Origin: an uncultured Bacillales bacterium
GTDB taxonomy: Bacteria > Bacillota_I > Bacilli_A > RF39 > UBA660
Length of the DNA: 64,000 nucleotides
Direction of reading: 5' to 3'
NCBI GenBank assembly: GCA_902477075.1
Contig: CABSFU010000001.1
Coordinates: 15,881-79,880, forward strand
Part shown: positions 57,978 through 64,000 of the stretch, in pieces
Numbering within the stretch: the first letter of the stretch is position 1
Layout of the letters: each line of letters begins with the position of its first letter
Notes under the pieces: model-generated
What the model was told of the DNA's origin: nothing
Databases searched by the model: none
What the model saw: only the letters and a program-made list of their open reading frames with translations
Position numbers and translations under genes: made by a program

Positions 57978-59856
57978 TTTTAAATTCCTTTTTTAAATAT
58001 ACCATTAGAACGGAAATATCGGCTGGATTCACACCACTAATACGAAGCGCTTGACCTATAGAAGTAGGGCGTACTTCTTTTAATTTTTGTCTAGCTTCAC
58101 TAGCTATATTTTTTACTTTATCATAATCAATTGTATCAGGGATTATTTTGTCTTCCAATTTTTTCATTTTTTCAGCTTCTTTTTCAGCTTTTAGCAAGTA
58201 ACCTTCATATTTTATATTTATTTCCACTTGTTCCAAAACACTCTTATCATATGGCAAATCAATGAAGTATTTTAAATCTTCTATTTTAATTTCTGGTCTT
58301 TTTAACAAATTATATAATGATATTCCATCTTTTAAGGAAGTAGAATTTAATGATGATAAATAATCATTTGTTTCCTCTTTTGGAGTAGCTTTATGAGTGA
58401 GAAGTTGTTGCGTTAATTCTTGTATTTGTTCTTTTTTCTTTAATAAACGTTGATGTTTTTCTTCGTTAATAAGTCCTAATTGATATCCATATTCTCTTAA
58501 TCTTAAATCTGCATTATCATGTCTTAATAATAATCGATACTCTGCTCTAGAAGTTAGCAAACGATAAGGATCTCTAATTCCTTTTGTTATTAAATCATCT
58601 ATCAATACACCAATATAAGCTTCATTCCTTTTTAATACAAATGGTTCTTGTTTCCTTATCTTTAAAACTGCATTAATACCAGCCATTAATCCTTGGCAAG
58701 CTGCTTCTTCATATCCACTAGTACCATTTATTTGACCCGCTGTAAATAAATTTTCAATTATTTTAGTTTCTAATGAAGCTTTTAACTGAGTTGGATAAAT
58801 CGAATCATACTCTATAGCATAAGCATACTTTAATATTTTAGCATGTTCTAATCCTTTTAAACTGTGAACCATTTGTTCTTGTATATTAATCGGCATACTA
58901 GTAGAAAAGCCCTGTAAATAAATGGTATTTCCATAGGTTGGATCACTTTCTATCATACTTTCTGGTTCTAAAAATAATTGGTGTCTTTCTTTATCAGCAA
59001 AACGAACAACTTTGTCTTCAATAGATGGGCAATATCTTGGACCTATTCCTTTAATATCTTTTAAACCCCCATACATACTAGATTTTGTCAAATTATTTCT
59101 AATAATTTCATGGGTTAATGGAGTGGTATAAATAAGGTGACAGGGAACTTGAGCATTAATATCATAGGTTGGTTCAATATCAAAACTAAATGATAAATGT
59201 TCTTTATCTCCTTCTTCTACCTGCATTTCACTAAAATCTATGGTATTTTTATCTAATCTAGGTGGTGTTCCAGTTTTTAATCGTTTAATAACAAACCCTA
59301 ATTTAGCTAAGTTGTCACTTAAATGATTACTTGGCTTTTCTCCATGGGGACCTTCTCTGTGTCTTGTGTCTCCTACTAATATATCTGCTTTTAAATAAGT
59401 TCCTGTTGTTAAAACGACTGCTTCTGATGTAATTTTTTCACCATTTTCTAAAATTACGCCTTTTACTTGATCACTATCAACGATTAAATCTTCTACAATT
59501 CCTTCTTTCACACTAAGATTCTCTGTATTTGAAATAGTTTTCCACATATTTTGTGGATAAATGATTTTATCTCCTTGTGCACGTAAAGCTTTGATAGCAG
59601 GCCCTTTTTTATTATTTAACATTTTGATTTGTAAATGAGACTTATCTGCATTAATACCCATCTCGCCACCTAATGCATCAATTTCTCTAACTACTATTCC
59701 TTTTGCAGATCCACCAATAGATGGATTACATGGCATATCGGCAATATTTTTAATATTTCCTGTTACTAATAGAGTTTTTTCACCCATACGAGCAGCAGCT
59801 AATGAGGCTTCACATCCAGCATGACCGCCACCTACTACTATGATTTTATAATCCAT
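57964..59856 (-). CDS. mnmG: tRNA uridine 5-carboxymethylaminomethyl modification enzyme MnmG (GidA)
   Basis: IIVVGGGHAGCEA, GPRYCPSIEDK, and QINGTSGYEEAA. Confidence 0.97.
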   Translation of the reverse strand: MDYKIIVVGGGHAGCEASLAAARMGEKTLLVTGNIKNIADMPCNPSIGGSAKGIVVREIDALGGEMGINADKSHLQIKMLNNKKGPAIKALRAQGDKIIYPQNMWKTISNTENLSVKEGIVEDLIVDSDQVKGVILENGEKITSEAVVLTTGTYLKADILVGDTRHREGPHGEKPSNHLSDNLAKLGFVIKRLKTGTPPRLDKNTIDFSEMQVEEGDKEHLSFSFDIEPTYDINAQVPCHLIYTTPLTHEIIRNNLTKSSMYGGLKDIKGIGPRYCPSIEDKVVRFADKERHQLFLEPESMIESDPTYGNTIYLQGFSTSMPINIQEQMVHSLKGLEHAKILKYAYAIEYDSIYPTQLKASLETKIIENLFTAGQINGTSGYEEAACQGLMAGINAVLKIRKQEPFVLKRNEAYIGVLIDDLITKGIRDPYRLLTSRAEYRLLLRHDNADLRLREYGYQLGLINEEKHQRLLKKKEQIQELTQQLLTHKATPKEETNDYLSSLNSTSLKDGISLYNLLKRPEIKIEDLKYFIDLPYDKSVLEQVEINIKYEGYLLKAEKEAEKMKKLEDKIIPDTIDYDKVKNIASEARQKLKEVRPTSIGQALRISGVNPADISVLMVYLKKEFKNETR

Positions 59857-59958
59857 AAAGTTCACTTCCTTTTAACTTTTCATATTATACTATCAAATAT
59901 TTCAGAAGACAATAACATAAACAAATAAATTAACGATATACTATAGTAGGTGATAACG

Positions 59959-60252
59959 ATGAAAGATGAAATTAGAATTTTATTTCTACAAAATGTAGGA
60001 AATGATTTGGATGGTGAAACATTAAGATATATAGTGGATGTACAAGATGGAAATTACAAAATTCAACCTTTTATAAAAAATGAAAAAACATTGAACTACA
60101 TATTTCATAAAGTTTGTTATGATTTTGATGAATTATCTTTTTATAATCAACAAAGATATGAAAAATTTCATATTCAATTAAAAAGAGTAAACGGCAATGT
60201 TTACTCTGTAGAACAAAAGACTTTTCAAAAGAAAAATCAATTATTTACCTAA
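59959..60252 (+). CDS. hypothetical small protein (97 aa)
   Basis: AGGTGA lies 5 nt before the ATG at 59959. It is the only plus-strand gene in the mnmE-mnmG cluster. Its 3' end overlaps the mnmE 3' end by 12 nt. No family recognised. Confidence 0.45.
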   Translation: MKDEIRILFLQNVGNDLDGETLRYIVDVQDGNYKIQPFIKNEKTLNYIFHKVCYDFDELSFYNQQRYEKFHIQLKRVNGNVYSVEQKTFQKKNQLFT

Positions 60253-61596
60253 ACAAAATTGACTAAATAGGGTATCAATTAATTCGGTTTCATAAGAAAC
60301 CCCAATAATCTCTCCTAATTTGTCCCAGATATTTTTAATATCTATCTCAATAATATCGATTGGTAATCCTGATTTTAATCCTTTTTCAATATCTTCAATA
60401 CTATCTCTTATTTGATTTAAAATAGCTAAACTTCTAGCACTTGTAACAAACGTCATGTCACTTGTTTCAATTTTTTCCAAATTGAAGATTTCTTTTATTT
60501 TTTCTTTTAATTCATTGATTCCTTCTTTATTCTTTATGCTCATTTTTACAATATGATCTTCTGGAAGTTTACTTAAATCTATTTTACTTTCTAAATCTGT
60601 TTTGTTCAAAATAATGATGTAATTTTTATTTTGAACTTTTTTTAATAATTCTAAATCTTCTTCGGTTAATGGTTGATTATTATTCAATACATATAATATC
60701 AAATCAGAATTGGAAATCAATTGTAGACTTTTATTCACTCCTATTTTTTCTACAATATCTTCCGTTTTTCTTATACCTGCCGTATCGATCATATTTAAAA
60801 TAAAGCCACCTATATTAATTTTTCCTTCTACAATATCACGTGTCGTTCCTTCTATTTCCGTCACAATTGCTTTTTCTTCTCCAAGAAGAGTATTTAATAT
60901 ACTGCTTTTTCCTACGTTTGGCTTTCCAATAATAGAAGTTTTTATGCCTTCTGTAATAATTTTTCCACTTTTACTATCTTCTAAGATTTTTAATATTTTT
61001 TCTTTGATTTCAGCTATTTTTGGAGTTAACATTTCATAAGTCATTTCTTCTATATCTTCATATTCAGGATAATCAATATTTACTTCTATATTCGCTAATA
61101 TTTTAACAATATCGTCACGAAGACTTTGTATTTTTTTTGAAACATTTCCCGATAATTGATTAATAGACAATTTACGAGCCGGTTCTGTTTTTGCTTCTAT
61201 TAAATTCATAATCCCTTCTGCTTCTTCTAAATCAATTCTTCCATTTAAAAAAGCTCTTTTTGTGAATTCACCAGGACTTGCTGGTACACAACCATTCTCT
61301 AATAGTAATTGTAATACTTTATTTGTAGTAGCAATACCACCATGTGAATTAATTTCTACAATATCTTCTCTAGTATAGGTTTTAGGAGCTCGCATAACGC
61401 TTAATAAAACTTCATCTATCATTTGATTTTTATCAACAATGTGACCATAATGAATCGTATGAGATGGAACAGTTGTTAAATCTTTTCCTTTAAATATTTT
61501 ATTGACAATGTCAATTGCATTAGAACCACTTACTCTAATAATAGAAATGGCTCCAACGCCAAGTGGAGTTGCGATTGCTGCAATGGTTTCTTCCAT
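60241..61596 (-). CDS. mnmE: tRNA modification GTPase MnmE (TrmE)
   Basis: TIAAIATPLGVGAISIIRVSG, GKPNVGKSS, DTAGIR, and the C-terminal CLGK motif. Confidence 0.97.
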   Translation of the reverse strand: MEETIAAIATPLGVGAISIIRVSGSNAIDIVNKIFKGKDLTTVPSHTIHYGHIVDKNQMIDEVLLSVMRAPKTYTREDIVEINSHGGIATTNKVLQLLLENGCVPASPGEFTKRAFLNGRIDLEEAEGIMNLIEAKTEPARKLSINQLSGNVSKKIQSLRDDIVKILANIEVNIDYPEYEDIEEMTYEMLTPKIAEIKEKILKILEDSKSGKIITEGIKTSIIGKPNVGKSSILNTLLGEEKAIVTEIEGTTRDIVEGKINIGGFILNMIDTAGIRKTEDIVEKIGVNKSLQLISNSDLILYVLNNNQPLTEEDLELLKKVQNKNYIIILNKTDLESKIDLSKLPEDHIVKMSIKNKEGINELKEKIKEIFNLEKIETSDMTFVTSARSLAILNQIRDSIEDIEKGLKSGLPIDIIEIDIKNIWDKLGEIIGVSYETELIDTLFSQFCLGK

Positions 61597-62102
61597 TATT
61601 TTACCTCTCTCATTTTTCTTTTATATCCAAAAAATTGAAGCAAAGCGGTTGGCTCTTTAAATACTTCAAATGATACAGCTTTATCTGCAAAAGTTACTAA
61701 CCATCCTTCTAAATATTTTGGTGGAATTTTATTTAAAGGAAACATATGCCTTAATATAATATTTTCTACTTTTTTATTCATTAAATCAGGAAAATATTGA
61801 TAAGAATTGATTACTGCTTCTTTAGCATGCACAAAACCATGTTTTTGAAGCAATGGCTTTTTTTCTTCATTATCTTGCCATGGTTTAAAATAAAAATCAT
61901 GTAATAAACCACCGATAGCTGCCGCTTTATAATCTTTATTTAGTTGTTTTGCCCATTTATAGGCTTTTTTTGAAACTGCTAGTGAATGATCATACACGGT
62001 AATATCTCCGTGATGTTTATAATTCTTTCTTTTCTGAAATTCCTCACTTTTTAGAATTTCTTTAACGATTTGATAATATTCTACTTTATCATTTACTGAC
62101 AT
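61596..62102 (-). CDS. HD-domain phosphohydrolase family protein
   Basis: VYDHSLAVS...GGLLHDFY gives the H...HD metal site. Its stop overlaps the mnmE start. Confidence 0.75.
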   Translation of the reverse strand: MSVNDKVEYYQIVKEILKSEEFQKRKNYKHHGDITVYDHSLAVSKKAYKWAKQLNKDYKAAAIGGLLHDFYFKPWQDNEEKKPLLQKHGFVHAKEAVINSYQYFPDLMNKKVENIILRHMFPLNKIPPKYLEGWLVTFADKAVSFEVFKEPTALLQFFGYKRKMREVK

Positions 62103-62195
62103 GATATCACGTCCTTTTTACTAGTTAAGTTTACAATAAAACATACTTCTAGTCAAGTTTATGAAAAAGAAAAAAAAAGATATGTATTCATACCT

Positions 62196-62810
62196 TTATT
62201 TTTCAATATATTTTATAACAACATGTCTATCTTTGCCTTCTCCAAAGCTTTCTGTTGTTAAATTAGAATATTCATTAATGATATTATGGACTAATCTTCT
62301 TTCATAAGAATTCATTGGATCTAATGAAACATCTAAATGAGATTTTTCCATTTCTTCTGCTATTTTTCTTACTTCTATTTCAATATTTTTCATTTTTTTT
62401 AATTTATAATTACCAACATCCACACTTATTTTTAAATTAATACCGGCTTCTGTTTTTATTGCTTGTCTTAAAATTGTTTGGATAGCATTTAAATTTTTTC
62501 CTTCTTTTCCTATTAAAATAGCATTATTATCTGATACAAGTGTAATATTAAAGGATTCATTATTGTTTAAAATTTCACTTGTAATATCAAGATTTAATAA
62601 TTTTGATAAATTTTCTATATATTCTGTTATAAAGTTTTTGACATCTTCTTTTTTTAAAGCTGATACAATATATTTCGAGCTCTTAAATAATTTTCCTTCT
62701 ACAAACTCTGACTTCAAAAAGAAATCATCTTGTGTTAAATTTGTCTTTTTTAAAATATTTTCTAATGCTTCTTCTTTTGTTTTTGCTTCTTCTTTAACTA
62801 TTTCTAACAT
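62196..62810 (-). CDS. khpB: RNA-binding protein KhpB/Jag (Jag_N, KH and R3H domains)
   Basis: LIGKEGKNLNAIQTIL is KH-like, and SYERRLVHNIINEY is R3H. Its position after yidC fits. Confidence 0.9.
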   Translation of the reverse strand: MLEIVKEEAKTKEEALENILKKTNLTQDDFFLKSEFVEGKLFKSSKYIVSALKKEDVKNFITEYIENLSKLLNLDITSEILNNNESFNITLVSDNNAILIGKEGKNLNAIQTILRQAIKTEAGINLKISVDVGNYKLKKMKNIEIEVRKIAEEMEKSHLDVSLDPMNSYERRLVHNIINEYSNLTTESFGEGKDRHVVIKYIEK

Positions 62811-63735
62811 TTTTTTTACTCCTTTTTACTAAAAGATTTTGTATAATCGTGAATAAATTTGATATTGTCCAATAAACTGCGATACCAGTTGAAATAGAGA
62901 AAGTAGCAATTGTCATAAAAATAATCATCATATTTGTCATACTTTTCATTTGTTTTTGTTGTTCACTAGACATAGAAGCTCCGCTATTTAATTTGAAAGA
63001 ATAATATGTTGTAAGAGCAATGATAATAATAAATATTGCATAATAGAATTTTCCTTGCGCTACTGCTACTGCTGGACTAGTTCCAAGTTGGAATAATCCT
63101 AAGAAAGTTTCTTCAAAAATAACAGGAATTCTATTAATTGCTTCTAAATAAGCAAAAAATAATGGAATTTGAATAAATGAGAATAAACATCCAGACAATG
63201 GATTAATTTGATATTTTTTATAAATCATCATCATTTCTTGTGATTTAGCCATCATAGATTCTTGATCTGTTCTATTTTGATATTTCTTCTCTAATTTATT
63301 TAACTCTGGTTGAGCCAATTGAATATTTTCAGATTGCATTGCTTGTTTTCTTGTAAATGGAAATAATATTAAACGAATTAATAAAGTTGAAATGATAATG
63401 GCAAAACCATAACTTTTAACAAATTTTCCTAAATTAATAATTAACCACGCCAAGGGTTTTACAAAGATCGTTGACCAAATACCTTCATATCCACCTGTCG
63501 TTACACTAAATTCAGAACAACTTGGTAGATTATCTAAGTCTACTTTATCACTATGTTCTTTATAAATATTTAATGTTGTTTCATCTTCTGGTTTACATAA
63601 AATGTTTTCCACTAAAGCTTGATTCGTTGTAGTATTTAATACACTTTTGTTATCATTATCTTTTAACATTTTTGTACAGCCTGTAGTTGAAAATAACAAT
63701 AACATTAACATTATAATTTTTATTTTATTTTTCAT
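62794..63735 (-). CDS. yidC: membrane protein insertase YidC/SpoIIIJ (lipoprotein type)
   Basis: Lipobox LFSTTGC, PFTRKQ, MMMIYKKYQINPLSGC, and NLFTIIQ. Confidence 0.95.
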   Translation of the reverse strand: MKNKIKIIMLMLLLFSTTGCTKMLKDNDNKSVLNTTTNQALVENILCKPEDETTLNIYKEHSDKVDLDNLPSCSEFSVTTGGYEGIWSTIFVKPLAWLIINLGKFVKSYGFAIIISTLLIRLILFPFTRKQAMQSENIQLAQPELNKLEKKYQNRTDQESMMAKSQEMMMIYKKYQINPLSGCLFSFIQIPLFFAYLEAINRIPVIFEETFLGLFQLGTSPAVAVAQGKFYYAIFIIIIALTTYYSFKLNSGASMSSEQQKQMKSMTNMMIIFMTIATFSISTGIAVYWTISNLFTIIQNLLVKRSKKNVRNS

Positions 63736-64000
63736 TCGTTCCTCCTATAATACCTAATTTTTGAAAACAGAAATTTAAATCCTCTTTCATTTCTTGGTAT
63801 GATTTTGTCAATATACTTCTATTTACCATTATAATACAATTAAAAGATTTTTTATAGTCATTTTCATCAATTATATCTTTTAACTGTCTTTTTATTTTGT
63901 TTCTAATTACCGCTTTGCAGAAATGTTTACTGACAGAAAAACCAAATTGATAAGGGCCAATTTCTTTCTTTTCTAAAAAAATTAAATATTCTTTGTATCT
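63725..64000 (-). CDS. rnpA: ribonuclease P protein component, C-terminal 91 codons (N-terminus beyond the window)
   Basis: The reverse strand stays open from base 64000: ...GFSVSKHFCKAVIRNKIKRQLKDII...KLGIIGGTNEK-TAA. The stop overlaps the yidC start region. Confidence 0.85.
   Translation of the reverse strand, partial: RYKEYLIFLEKKEIGPYQFGFSVSKHFCKAVIRNKIKRQLKDIIDENDYKKSFNCIIMVNRSILTKSYQEMKEDLNFCFQKLGIIGGTNEK

Noticed and set aside
1-64000. Scan for CRISPR arrays, rRNA/tRNA genes, transposases, integrases, prophage blocks, a canonical parS and long repeats
   Set aside because: None was recognised. No intergenic region exceeds about 265 bp, all large ORFs have chromosomal housekeeping or the accessory assignments listed, and no TGTTNCACGTGAAACA-like site was seen by eye. 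A computational scan is still advisable.

Overview
This is a very AT-rich, gene-dense, origin-proximal chromosome segment from a low-GC Gram-positive bacterium. The organism makes a cell wall (murA, M23 peptidase) and probably spores (spoIIR, ytaF-like). It uses the standard genetic code, since TAA, TAG and TGA all terminate genes here. About 90% of genes are on the minus strand. From the right edge the order is rnpA(partial)-yidC-jag/khpB-HD-mnmE-mnmG-rsmG-GNAT-parB-like. Next come agcS-ung, gmk, tilS-ftsH, ksgA and a full S10-spc-alpha ribosomal cluster (rpsJ to rplQ). That cluster includes rpmJ, which the ORF track missed, and has no rpmD. Further left are a lipid acyltransferase/esterase pair, a BY-kinase/CpsB phosphatase pair beside a catalytically degenerate hybrid histidine kinase, yvcK-whiA, rplI-dnaB-M23 peptidase-yycJ-rlmH, spoIIR, fba-murA, a Ca-type P-type ATPase, hpf and secA. 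I saw no rRNA, tRNA, CRISPR array, transposase or integrase. The main accessory content is an agr-type cyclic-peptide quorum-sensing locus at 4.3-8.7 kb: agrB, an untracked 43-codon agrD-like precursor, a convergent agrC-like kinase with an agrA-like regulator, and a second agrA-like regulator transcribed between two cold-shock genes. Other points worth a second look are an in-frame TAA inside the otherwise intact fba gene, a hybrid kinase lacking both phospho-acceptor residues, two orphan prepilin-type genes (one with a long coiled-coil/beta-rich C-terminal extension), a ParB-like protein with a roughly 330-residue acidic tail and no ParA, an orphan AbiEi-like gene, and an edge-truncated unknown gene with its own promoter and a perfect 11-bp tandem repeat. 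I found no clearly unprecedented multi-gene system. All family calls come from reading the translations by eye and need HMM or BLAST confirmation.
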